Sequence record: SRR9188677_79 | Reading direction: 5' to 3' (one strand) | Length of the DNA stretch: 32,329 nt | Part shown: positions 1 through 8,877 of the stretch, in pieces | How the letters are laid out: each line of letters opens with the position of its first letter | Position numbering within the stretch: the first letter of the stretch is position 1 | Translations under genes and position numbers: made by a program | Notes under the pieces: generated by a model | What the model was told of the DNA's origin: nothing | The model's database searches: none | The model's input: only the letters and a program-made list of their open reading frames with translations

Positions 1-143
1 AATGAAGTTCAAGGTTTTGCTTAAAATTGAAATCAAGCTTATGAAAAAAATAATTGAAGAATCTTTTAATACTTCGCCGTAATTAAGTATTTCTATCAAC
101 CGAATGTGTAGTGATCGATTACTGCAAAAACTTATCGGGCTTT

Positions 144-151
144 TATATTTG
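144..151 (+). promoter_or_regulatory. Candidate Bacteroidota housekeeping -7 promoter box upstream of the ETR1-like kinase
   Basis: TATATTTG matches TAnnTTTG, about 100 nt before the ORF start. Confidence 0.5.
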
Positions 152-251
152 CCTAAGTTATATTTTTTGCAAATTAGTGCCTGTTTTCAAGCTGCCTTAT
201 TCCCCGCATTTCACTTTACTGTTCACCCGATTTTGATAGCTCCACCGGCTA

Positions 252-1889
252 TTGATTTCACTTATTAATTCGATACAATTGGATCCCAACCCGCTCACTT
301 TGTCTGGCACCATCGATTGCGGCCCGATATGCCAAATCAGCCATGTCCATGCTCCGGTTCAGCAAGCCGGGATCGCTGATCAGGTTACGGCGTTCTTAAC
401 CAATATCCTCAGTACTGCCGACTGGCCAGCACGTTGGAATTGTGGCGTCTGGTCGGATTTTCACGGCTGGTTATACATCATTTCCGACCTGCTTATCTGG
501 TTCGCATACTTTCTGATTCCTATTTTTTTGGTTAAACTTTTATTAAACAGAAAGGATTTTCCTTTTCCCAGAATAATCTGGTTATTCGGTGCTTTTATCA
601 TTTTGTGTGGAATGACGCACTTTATCGACGCCATCATCTTCTGGGTTCCTTTGTACCGCCTTAGTGCGCTTATCCGATTTTTGACAGCAGCTGTGTCCAT
701 TATAACCGTTTACGGATTGTACAAGACACTACCAAGTGTCTTGTTACTACGTTCTGTTAAGGAACTTGAACACGAAATCAACGAACGCCGCCTGGTGGAA
801 GAAAAGCTGGCAGCCAGTGAGTTTTTGCTTTCAGAAGCCGGTTACGTCGGCAGGGTTGGTGGCTGGGAATATGATTTGGCTACCAACAAGTTTCAATGGT
901 CAAAAACGGCTTTTGATATTTATGAAACAACGGATGAGAATTTCATGGATGCCAATACCGCAATCCGTTTTTTTGTTGAACCACATCAGAAAATCATGAA
1001 CCAGGCATTTAAGCAGGCTTGTAAAAATGGCGTTGGCTGGGACCTCGAACTACAAATGATTACAGCTAAGGAAAATATAAAGTGGGTTCGTTATTACGGA
1101 AAACCTTTGTTTGACCAGGACGGAAAACTAATTAAGCTAAGAGGTGTTTTGATGGACATTGACAAATACAAAACGAACGAAATTGATCTTCACAAGTCTA
1201 ATGAGTTGATGAATCAGCAGAACGCTCAGCTTAAGAGCTTTACACATATACTTTCTCACAACTTACGAAACCATAACAATAACATTTCCATGCTATGTGA
1301 TTTCGTAGATGAAGGTACACTTGACCCGAATAACGCAGAGCTATTTCAAAAAATCAAAAATGTTTCGGTGAATCTAAGTACTACGCTCGACGACCTTTCA
1401 CAGATTATAAAGGTCAGGGAAAGTTACCTTCCAGGTGAAATGCTATCATTCAAAACAGTAGCTGAAAAAGTGATTGGTATTCTGGAAGTCGCATTGAAAG
1501 TAAGTGATGCAGTCGTTGATCTGGACTTTGAAGAGGAGACAGTATGGTTTCCAAATATTTATATGGAAAGTATCATTATGAATCTTGTTTCAAACGGCAT
1601 AAAATATAGAAAAGAGGAAATCCCACTTCATATTTCACTCAAAACCTATGTAAATGAAAACCAGGAAAAGGTTTTAGAATACTCAGACAACGGAATAGGA
1701 ATAGATATGGAATTGCATGGCAATAAAATTTTTGGATTGTATAAGACATTTCACCAGCATAAAGACGCACATGGAGTCGGTCTGTTTTTAATAAAAAATC
1801 AAATCGAATCACAAGGAGGTAAAATAGAGGTGGAAAGCAGGCCTAATGAAGGAGCAACGTTTAAAATCACGTTCAATGAAAAAAATTGA
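252..1889 (+). CDS. Sensor histidine kinase with N-terminal ETR1-type ethylene-binding transmembrane domain, PAS/PAC, HisKA and HATPase
   Basis: SDLLIWFAYFLIP and FGAFIILCGMTH match ETR1 SDFFIAIAYFSIP and FGAFIVLCGATH; PAS-like GRVGGWEYDL...WS; H-box SHNLRNH; N box NLVSNGIKY; G boxes DNGIG and GVGL. Start is TTG and uncertain, with no in-frame ATG before residue 121. Confidence 0.9.
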   Translation: MISLINSIQLDPNPLTLSGTIDCGPICQISHVHAPVQQAGIADQVTAFLTNILSTADWPARWNCGVWSDFHGWLYIISDLLIWFAYFLIPIFLVKLLLNRKDFPFPRIIWLFGAFIILCGMTHFIDAIIFWVPLYRLSALIRFLTAAVSIITVYGLYKTLPSVLLLRSVKELEHEINERRLVEEKLAASEFLLSEAGYVGRVGGWEYDLATNKFQWSKTAFDIYETTDENFMDANTAIRFFVEPHQKIMNQAFKQACKNGVGWDLELQMITAKENIKWVRYYGKPLFDQDGKLIKLRGVLMDIDKYKTNEIDLHKSNELMNQQNAQLKSFTHILSHNLRNHNNNISMLCDFVDEGTLDPNNAELFQKIKNVSVNLSTTLDDLSQIIKVRESYLPGEMLSFKTVAEKVIGILEVALKVSDAVVDLDFEEETVWFPNIYMESIIMNLVSNGIKYRKEEIPLHISLKTYVNENQEKVLEYSDNGIGIDMELHGNKIFGLYKTFHQHKDAHGVGLFLIKNQIESQGGKIEVESRPNEGATFKITFNEKN

Positions 1890-2280
1890 TCTTCTATGCA
1901 TGATAGATGATGATCTGGTTTACACTTTTCTTTTGAGAAAAATAATTGAGAAAGCGGAAGTCGCTGAAAAATTAATCTTCTTCAAAAATGGACTGGAAGC
2001 CCTTGATTATCTAAAAGCCAACGAGGGAAACACCGACAATTTGCCGGCCATAATACTATTGGACATTAACATGCCAATCCTGGATGGGTGGCAGTTTATG
2101 GATGGTTTTGCAGATTTATATCCTTCTTTGGTAAAAAATATCACAATTTACATGACCAGTTCTTCCTATGAAGATGAGGACTACAACCGGGCGATGTCGA
2201 CAAAACATGTCGAAGATTTCGTCCGTAAACCTGTTCAGGTAAAAGTGCTTAGGGAGTTAATTGATAAGTTGGATGAGTAG
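1876..2280 (+). CDS. Single-domain response regulator (receiver only), likely cognate of the upstream kinase
   Basis: IDDD acidic pocket, LLDINMP phosphoacceptor, TSS and KP motifs; ATG at 1876 overlaps the kinase end by 14 nt and is preferred over 1846. Confidence 0.9.
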   Translation: MKKIDLLCMIDDDLVYTFLLRKIIEKAEVAEKLIFFKNGLEALDYLKANEGNTDNLPAIILLDINMPILDGWQFMDGFADLYPSLVKNITIYMTSSSYEDEDYNRAMSTKHVEDFVRKPVQVKVLRELIDKLDE

Positions 2281-2469
2281 TCGATTCGTTGCCCCCGACC
2301 ATTTTAATCACATGGTTCCAAATTTTTGTGCTCATCTTTCCGCCAGTAATCGCCTGCATCAGTTTGTACTAAGAACTGGCCCTGTCAGTACCTTAATAAG
2401 TATAACCACCTATCTTTATTCTTTTTCTTCGTAGTATATAAATCGAAATTCTTAATATAATACCACGAT

Positions 2470-5346
2470 ATGACGCGCCTATCACGTTTGATCATCCCTT
2501 TGTTATCCATTGCAGTTCTGGCATTTGATGGTAATGTCTCTGCTCAGGAAGTCAAACTTAAAACGGTAACTGCCCAGGATACTGGAAAGTTTGACCGTGA
2601 TTATGCCCTGGAAGCGACCATGCTTGGTTTTTTTGCGAAAGACGGGACGCGCAATCCAACATTGAAAGCCAATAAGGGAGAGCGTGTCCGGATCAAAATT
2701 ACCAATGGCGAGATCATGACCCACGATATTGCTTTGGAAAAACTTGGAATAAAGACAAAAACGATTCTGGAAAAGGGTGCCAGCACGAGCCTTACTTTCA
2801 AGGCGGAGCAAAGTGACACGTACTTCTGTTCAGTTCCGGGTCATCGCGCTGCTGGTATGGTTGGGAATTTTGAAGTTGTGGAAGGTGAAATCTCCAATGC
2901 GACCGTGGCCGGACAATTGCCAGCGAAGGATGGTCAGCCGTTAAATTTGAATTTTGAAACAGGTACACTCAAAGATTGGACCGCTACCGGTGATGCTTTT
3001 ACCAATCCTCTTTTCAACGCGGATCCATCTCCGGTGCATGAAAAAGAAATGAATATTGGTTTTGAAGGGAAATACTTCCTAAGTAGCGGAGGCACTGTTA
3101 ACTACATGCAAACTGGAACACTAACCTCCGTTCCTTTTAAGGTGACACAGCCATTTGCTGCCTTTCGCGTATCAGGCGGAGCTTTGCTGGATACCCGTGT
3201 TGAGCTGGTTTTAGCTGGTACGGATAAAGTGATTTACCACATAACCGGACAAGGAAGAGCGACGTTGCAACCTGCTGTGGTGGATTTGCAGGCATATTTG
3301 AACAAAGAAATTTTCATCCGGATCGTCGACAACGAAACCGGAATTTCGCAGATTCCATACATAGCCAATGACAAATGGGCACATATCAATTTCGACGAAT
3401 TTAAGTTCTACCCAAGTCGGCCTAACTTTCCAAATGAGCTCAACCAAAAGGATATCATCATTTTACCTCCGTTAGATCCCGTTCTGAACGCAGGACTTTC
3501 TGGTGTTGAAGCTGCGAAAGCGATGACGTTGCCCAAAGGTTTCAAAATAACATTAGCTGCTGCTGAGCCGGATATTATCCGTCCTATCAGCTTTACAATT
3601 GATCCAAAAGGAAGGCTTTGGGTTGTGGAAGGACATACTTATCCGGTTCCGGCACCAGAAGGTCAGGGAAGAGACCGTATTCTCATTTTCGAGGACACGG
3701 ATGGAGACGGAACGCTGGACAAAAAGAAAGTTTTCACCGAAGGATTGAATCTTGTAAGTGGTATCGAGGTAGGAATGGGTGGCGTTTGGCTGGGAGCTGC
3801 GCCTTACTTAATATTTATTCCAGCCGATTTTACCAACGATAAACCGACCGGTCCTCCGCAAAAACTGCTGGATGGCTGGGGTTTGGACGATACGCATGAG
3901 GTATTGAACAACCTGAGGTGGGGACCTGACGGCTGGTTATATGGAACACATGGCGTATTCACGCATTCGAATGTTGGTAAGCCCGGCGCGCCGGATTCGG
4001 AAAGGACGAAGATAAACGCTGGCGTGTGGCGGTTCCATCCTACAACGCATAAGTTTGAAGTTTTTGCGGAAGGTTCGAGTAATCCATGGGGAATCGATTT
4101 CAACGATTATGGTCATCCGTTCATCACTGTTTGTGTGATCCCGCACATGTATCATGTCGTACAAGGAGCGCGTTACCAGCGTCAGGCGGGAAAGCATTTC
4201 AATCCTTATACATATGACGATATCAAAACCATCGCCGATCACGTGCATTGGGTAGGGGAGCGTGGACCGCATGCAGGTAACTTCCGGTCGGCTTCGGCTG
4301 GCGGCGGTCATGCACATGCGGGTGCGATGATCTATCTGGGCGGAGATACCTGGCCAAAAGAATACCGCAACGAAATTTTCATGAACAATATCAATGGTGC
4401 CAGGCTGAATATTGATCATTTTGAACGTGAGGGATCCGGTTACGACGCTACGCACAAGCCTGACTTCCTTGCTATGAATGACTCCTGGTCACAATGGCTG
4501 AACATGAAATACGATCCAAGCGGATCAGTCTACGCTATCGATTGGTACGACAAGAATCAGTGCCACAGCCCTAATCCGGATGTTCACAACAAAACGATGG
4601 GCCGCATTTTCAAGATTACGAATGAGAATGATAAATGGGTGAAGGTAGATCTTACGAAGGCCTCGGATATGGAGCTTGTTAATTACCAGCTTAGTAATAA
4701 CGATTGGTATGTAAGGCAGGCAAGGACGATTCTTCAGGAACGTGGCCCAAATAAAAAGGTACAAAAAGCATTGAAAGATATTCTCGCAAAGAATCCTGAT
4801 CCGACACGCAAACTCCGGGCGCTATGGGCTTTGCATGTAACAAAAGGATTGACCGAAAAAGACCTGACGGATTTGCTTTTTTCCGACAGTGAGTATGTAA
4901 GAAGTTGGGCGATACAATTGCTGACCGAAGACAAAAAAGTATCGCCTGAAACGCTTAAACTTTTTGCAGAACTGGCGAAAAAAGATAATTCTGCTTTGGT
5001 TAGGCTGTATTTGACATCCGGAATGCTGAGGTTAGACCCGAGCCAAAGGTGGGACGTTATGGATGCGTTGGTACAAAAGTCGGAAGATATCAACGACCAC
5101 AACTTGCCATTGATGGTGTGGTATGCATCGGAACCGCTTGCTGCCCTGGACATGAAACGCGCTCTATTAATGGCCGAAAAATCAAAATTTCCAAAAATAC
5201 TTCCTTACATGATCCAGCGGGTTGGTGCAATTGGTACCGATGAATCTAAAAAGGTTTTGAAAGATCTGAACGAGAAACTGGGTAAGATGGATTCACACAT
5301 GCATCATGAAAGTCAGATGTTGATTGGTAAAGTGTTAAATGAATAG
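2470..5346 (+). CDS. Exported multidomain protein: type-1 copper cupredoxin, beta-sandwich-like domain, PVC-type putative dehydrogenase beta-propeller and HEAT-like repeats
   Basis: Signal peptide ending VSA|Q; H85...C120-x4-H125-x4-M130 (YFCSVPGHRAAGM); LPKGFKITL, D-x-KGRLWVVE, EDTDGDG, WGPDGWLYG, NPWG-x-DF and GRIFKI typical of the PVC-type family; helical RALWAL/VRSWAIQLL repeats; no CxxCH. Confidence 0.8.
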   Translation: MTRLSRLIIPLLSIAVLAFDGNVSAQEVKLKTVTAQDTGKFDRDYALEATMLGFFAKDGTRNPTLKANKGERVRIKITNGEIMTHDIALEKLGIKTKTILEKGASTSLTFKAEQSDTYFCSVPGHRAAGMVGNFEVVEGEISNATVAGQLPAKDGQPLNLNFETGTLKDWTATGDAFTNPLFNADPSPVHEKEMNIGFEGKYFLSSGGTVNYMQTGTLTSVPFKVTQPFAAFRVSGGALLDTRVELVLAGTDKVIYHITGQGRATLQPAVVDLQAYLNKEIFIRIVDNETGISQIPYIANDKWAHINFDEFKFYPSRPNFPNELNQKDIIILPPLDPVLNAGLSGVEAAKAMTLPKGFKITLAAAEPDIIRPISFTIDPKGRLWVVEGHTYPVPAPEGQGRDRILIFEDTDGDGTLDKKKVFTEGLNLVSGIEVGMGGVWLGAAPYLIFIPADFTNDKPTGPPQKLLDGWGLDDTHEVLNNLRWGPDGWLYGTHGVFTHSNVGKPGAPDSERTKINAGVWRFHPTTHKFEVFAEGSSNPWGIDFNDYGHPFITVCVIPHMYHVVQGARYQRQAGKHFNPYTYDDIKTIADHVHWVGERGPHAGNFRSASAGGGHAHAGAMIYLGGDTWPKEYRNEIFMNNINGARLNIDHFEREGSGYDATHKPDFLAMNDSWSQWLNMKYDPSGSVYAIDWYDKNQCHSPNPDVHNKTMGRIFKITNENDKWVKVDLTKASDMELVNYQLSNNDWYVRQARTILQERGPNKKVQKALKDILAKNPDPTRKLRALWALHVTKGLTEKDLTDLLFSDSEYVRSWAIQLLTEDKKVSPETLKLFAELAKKDNSALVRLYLTSGMLRLDPSQRWDVMDALVQKSEDINDHNLPLMVWYASEPLAALDMKRALLMAEKSKFPKILPYMIQRVGAIGTDESKKVLKDLNEKLGKMDSHMHHESQMLIGKVLNE

Positions 5347-5397
5347 GAGCTATATAGAATTCGAAAAAAATTATCATTTTAACCAAACTAAAAAACC

Positions 5398-5790
5398 ATG
5401 CAGCCATTAACAACAGCCATTGTCCCAACACTATCGGTTAAAAGCGGGAAAGCAGCTATTGAATTCTATAAAAGTGGCTTAGGAGCTGTTGTGCTGAGAT
5501 CAAACGAGGATGACAATGGTTCAGTTGTAGCAGAAATGGCGATTGACAATGCCTGGTTTGTGGTGGCTGACGAATCTCCCGAACATGGAAATCTAAGTCC
5601 GGAAACTCTGGGTGGAACACCAGTTAGAATAGGTCTGCAGGTTGCTGATCCCGATGCCATTTTTGCAATGGCGGTAGCGGCGGGGGCAACGGTTGTTTAT
5701 CCGGTCGAAGATCAGGATTACGGTTACAGGCTCGGCCATTTGGTTGATCCGTTTGGCCATCACTGGGAAATTTTCAAGCCTCTAAACTAA
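5398..5790 (+). CDS. VOC/glyoxalase (PhnB-like) family protein
   Basis: AAIEFYK..LGA and DQDYGYRLGHLVDPFGHHW motifs, 130 aa. Confidence 0.88.
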   Translation: MQPLTTAIVPTLSVKSGKAAIEFYKSGLGAVVLRSNEDDNGSVVAEMAIDNAWFVVADESPEHGNLSPETLGGTPVRIGLQVADPDAIFAMAVAAGATVVYPVEDQDYGYRLGHLVDPFGHHWEIFKPLN

Positions 5791-5796
5791 CTACGA

Positions 5797-7002
5797 ATGA
5801 CATTGATAAATCCTTATAAGGCTGGGAAGTTTACAATGACTATGCTTTTGGCTTGCGTTTTATGTAACATTTCTTATGGCCAGCCAAAGGTATTTCCAAT
5901 TTCAAACGGATTCATCAAAACGAAGATCACCGGTGATTTCATTTCTGAGGGAGCAGCCGTTGCCGATTTAAATAAAGATGGGAAACCGGATATTGTAGCT
6001 GGTTATTACTGGTTTGAAGCACCATCGTGGACTAAGCATGAAATGGCGCCTTCCCGCGTTTATGATCCCAAAAAAGAATATAGCAATTCCTTTCTTAACC
6101 TCGGGATGGATGTGAATCTGGATGGCTGGGATGATGTTGTGGTTGTTGATTTTCCAGGAAAACCCGGATTTTGGTTCGAAAATCCGCAAAACAAGCCGGG
6201 AGCGTGGACAAAGCATATCATTGCGGATTCGGTTGGCATCGCCAATGAGTCGCCGGGATTCGTTGATGTCGATGGCGATGGACGACTCGAAATTCTTTGC
6301 GGAGATTTTGCCAAAAAACAAATCATTTGGTTACAAGCGCCAACGAAAAAGGGTGAAACCGAGTGGAAACGCTTTGCGATGAGCAAGGAAGATGTTCCCG
6401 GAACCGAGCGGTTTTCACATGGAATCGGCTACGGCGATTTAAATAAAGACGGGATCGGCGATGTGACGGTTCCCGAAGGCTGGTATGAGGGAACGAAGGA
6501 CAACAAAGCAGGGAACTGGGTTTTTCATCCAACCAGCCTCGGACAAGGCTGCTCGCATATGCAGGTGCTGGACGTGAATAACGATGGTAAAAATGACGTA
6601 ATCAGTGCCTCTGCTCATGAAATGGGTGTTTGGTGGCATGAGCAACTTACGGATGTTGAAGGCAGGGCCTATTTTGCAACCCATCTGATCAGCAAAACCA
6701 CTTCACAAACACATTCGTCGATTATGGCGGATCTGAATGGCGATGGGAAGAAGGAATACATTACCGGAAAAAGATTCAGGGCGCATCATGGACACGATCC
6801 TGGTGACACCGATCCGGCAATACTGATGTATTTTGAATTGACTCCGGGGAAAGAACCTTATTTTAAGGAGCATATTATTGACAACGATTCGGGCTCAGGG
6901 CTAAACGTTACCGTGCAAGACGTAAATGGCGACAAGCAGCCTGATATCGTCGTCGCGAACAAAAACGGAGTCTTCCTTTTTGAAAATAAAATGAGAAAAT
7001 AA
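5797..7002 (+). CDS. Exported FG-GAP/VCBS-repeat seven-bladed beta-propeller
   Basis: Seven DxN/DxDGxxD-type loops (DLNKDGKPD, DVNLDGWDD, DVDGDGRLE, DLNKDGIGD, DVNNDGKND, DLNGDGKKE, DVNGDKQPD); signal peptide ending ISYG|Q. Confidence 0.85.
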   Translation: MTLINPYKAGKFTMTMLLACVLCNISYGQPKVFPISNGFIKTKITGDFISEGAAVADLNKDGKPDIVAGYYWFEAPSWTKHEMAPSRVYDPKKEYSNSFLNLGMDVNLDGWDDVVVVDFPGKPGFWFENPQNKPGAWTKHIIADSVGIANESPGFVDVDGDGRLEILCGDFAKKQIIWLQAPTKKGETEWKRFAMSKEDVPGTERFSHGIGYGDLNKDGIGDVTVPEGWYEGTKDNKAGNWVFHPTSLGQGCSHMQVLDVNNDGKNDVISASAHEMGVWWHEQLTDVEGRAYFATHLISKTTSQTHSSIMADLNGDGKKEYITGKRFRAHHGHDPGDTDPAILMYFELTPGKEPYFKEHIIDNDSGSGLNVTVQDVNGDKQPDIVVANKNGVFLFENKMRK

Positions 7003-7020
7003 GTCGGGTTGACGAAACAG

Positions 7021-7755
7021 CTAACCCGCCTGGCCTAAAAAGTAAAAGGCAGCAACCAAAGCCACTATAAAGATCAGCCATCCGGCGATTGTTCTTTTCG
7101 GCGGAAGAGGTCCTTTTAGAAGTACTTGAAAACCTTGTGGAACCAGTGCAATGCACAAGCCTGTAATTGAGATAATCGAGGTAATGGACGTTCCTTTCAA
7201 AACTCCTATCATCAAAGCGGACATGGTTGCCAGGCATATCGATCGTACAATACCCATGGTTCCCGACAAATAGCAACCTGTGGCCAGGATGATCCAACCA
7301 AATAAAAGCGTTGCTGAAAGCACAGAAACAATGTGAAATGCTCCATAAGAATTAGCAACGGCATCTGTTGCCGATTTCAAATCTAATGCATTCACCATTT
7401 GGAAAGCCAGGTGATTTGCACCATAATGAAACGTACGAGCAAATAATCCAAAAATCACAAAAGTACCTCCCCACAGCCCCCAGTTCGGTCGGGTTTGAGC
7501 GACGAAGTGCACAATAGTCAGTATTGCAGGCCATAGCAAGATGTTACCGGCTAAAAACATGTTGTAGGAAGTTGCTATGAGTTCTGGATGTTGCTCAAAA
7601 GCTTTCAGCTGATCAGGAAAAAAGAAATGATATTGAGCTCTGAGCAATTCGCCCGCAAGAAGTAAAATAGGGGCAAGAACCAACGCTGAACCGCCTAGCC
7701 AGCGACCGGGAAACCAAAACGGTTCCAACTGTGAGATACCAGAATCTGTCTGCAT
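7021..7755 (-). CDS. Multi-pass integral membrane protein of unknown function
   Basis: About 7 hydrophobic segments; ATG at 7755 is preferred over TTG at 7782 because a TAGCTTTG box lies at 7770-7777. Confidence 0.75.
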   Translation of the reverse strand: MQTDSGISQLEPFWFPGRWLGGSALVLAPILLLAGELLRAQYHFFFPDQLKAFEQHPELIATSYNMFLAGNILLWPAILTIVHFVAQTRPNWGLWGGTFVIFGLFARTFHYGANHLAFQMVNALDLKSATDAVANSYGAFHIVSVLSATLLFGWIILATGCYLSGTMGIVRSICLATMSALMIGVLKGTSITSIISITGLCIALVPQGFQVLLKGPLPPKRTIAGWLIFIVALVAAFYFLGQAG

Positions 7756-7769
7756 AAAATTTTTTCTTG

Positions 7770-7777
7770 CAAAGCTA
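7770..7777 (-). promoter_or_regulatory. Bacteroidota -7 promoter box for the membrane protein gene
   Basis: Reverse complement is TAGCTTTG, 14 nt upstream of ATG 7755. Confidence 0.6.
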
Positions 7778-7965
7778 TGCAATGCCTTGTACTATGCAAT
7801 ACATATTACATCAGCGGCAGTTGATTTACAGCTTTCACCTAGTCCGTAATTGTGGATTACATTTACAAGAAGTTCGCGACTAATTTTCCACACGTAATTC
7901 ATTTCGTCAGCAGTTCTTACTTGTATACGTAATTCGTAAAGCACCGGTTCTGATATATTTTCCAA

Positions 7966-7980
7966 GGGCATGAGAATTTA
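7966..7980 (+). promoter_or_regulatory. sigma54-like motif GGGCAT-N5-TTTA
   Basis: 29 nt upstream of ATG 8010; the same motif recurs before other stress-type genes. Confidence 0.45.
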
Positions 7981-8009
7981 AAGTTTGTCTAAAACAAACA
8001 TTAAATGTT

Positions 8010-8249
8010 ATGGCGAAATCAGAAAAAGAAACGGAAGCAAAGTCGGATAAAAAATCAGAAAAAAAGACCGACACGAAAAAGAATAAACTTGGCGTAAAAA
8101 ATTCGCTGGCGAACAACATTAACGCGAAAAAAGAAAAGGGCGAATCCAAAAGTAAGAAAGACTCCACTATATCGAAGAAAAATTACGACGACATGGAAAA
8201 CAACTGGGGAAAAGATGATAAAAAGGGCGAAAAAAAGGCCAGAAAATAA
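8010..8249 (+). CDS. Small Lys-rich hydrophilic, probably disordered protein
   Basis: 79 aa, about one third Lys, almost no hydrophobic core; A-rich leader and upstream shared motif. Confidence 0.7.
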   Translation: MAKSEKETEAKSDKKSEKKTDTKKNKLGVKNSLANNINAKKEKGESKSKKDSTISKKNYDDMENNWGKDDKKGEKKARK

Positions 8250-8270
8250 TTAATGTTTTCGCGCCAGCAT

Positions 8271-8285
8271 TGGTAAATACGTTGC
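8271..8285 (+). promoter_or_regulatory. sigma54-type -24/-12 motif TGGTAA-N5-TTGC
   Basis: Canonical GG-N10-GC spacing, 46 nt upstream of ATG 8332. Confidence 0.4.
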
Positions 8286-8331
8286 ACTAATGGCTTATAT
8301 CCGCATTACGTAACTTTATAAGAAGTGTGCC

Positions 8332-8877
8332 ATGCGGAAAATCATTTTGGTAACAGGTTTGATTTTAATTTTTTGCAGCAAGAACATAAGAATCGCCTTT
8401 GCTGCAAACACATCATTTGTTAAAGAATCCGCGAGCTTTAATGCAGTTGGAACAACGATTACCGGTAAATTAATTGGCGGGCCAAACGCGGGTTCTTTTT
8501 CAGCTAAAAGTATGGATCCGACTTGTAGTATGGGCCTTACAGGAGCAAAATCTTTTGGAAATCAGTATTCTGCAAGGGTAAAAGGTGATAATGATTTTTC
8601 GAGTCTGCAATTAATCGTCGACGATTACGATGCTGCGAAAAAAGGTACGGATAAGTTTTATTTAAAAGTCGCCTTTGGAAAAAGGCTTACAGGAAAGAAG
8701 TACGAGATTAATAATAGTACCAATTCACTCACTGGCAAAAAGCAAGGCAATGGAAAACTTACCATAAAAGAAAATGGTACTTCCAGAACTGTAACCATAA
8801 CTGGCAAGACAAAAGAAGGCGTTGAAATTAATACCGTAATTGTATGTAACTCGGTAATTACTACTCAGGCGAAATAA
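8332..8877 (+). CDS. Exported hypothetical protein, beta-rich
   Basis: MRKIILVTGLILIFCS N-terminal signal-like segment; 181-aa ORF. Confidence 0.7.
   Translation: MRKIILVTGLILIFCSKNIRIAFAANTSFVKESASFNAVGTTITGKLIGGPNAGSFSAKSMDPTCSMGLTGAKSFGNQYSARVKGDNDFSSLQLIVDDYDAAKKGTDKFYLKVAFGKRLTGKKYEINNSTNSLTGKKQGNGKLTIKENGTSRTVTITGKTKEGVEINTVIVCNSVITTQAK

Noticed and set aside
1-24. Possible 3' end of an upstream CDS (NEVQGFA-stop)
   Set aside because: Too short to support any call
1846-1875. Longer start for the response regulator
   Set aside because: Lies well inside the kinase gene; ATG 1876 gives a normal receiver N-terminus
4549-4569. QCH in the PVC-type protein as a heme-binding site
   Set aside because: Only one Cys, so not CxxCH
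7907-8167. Phe/Ser-rich minus-strand ORF
   Set aside because: Shadow of the A-rich Lys-coding gene on the + strand
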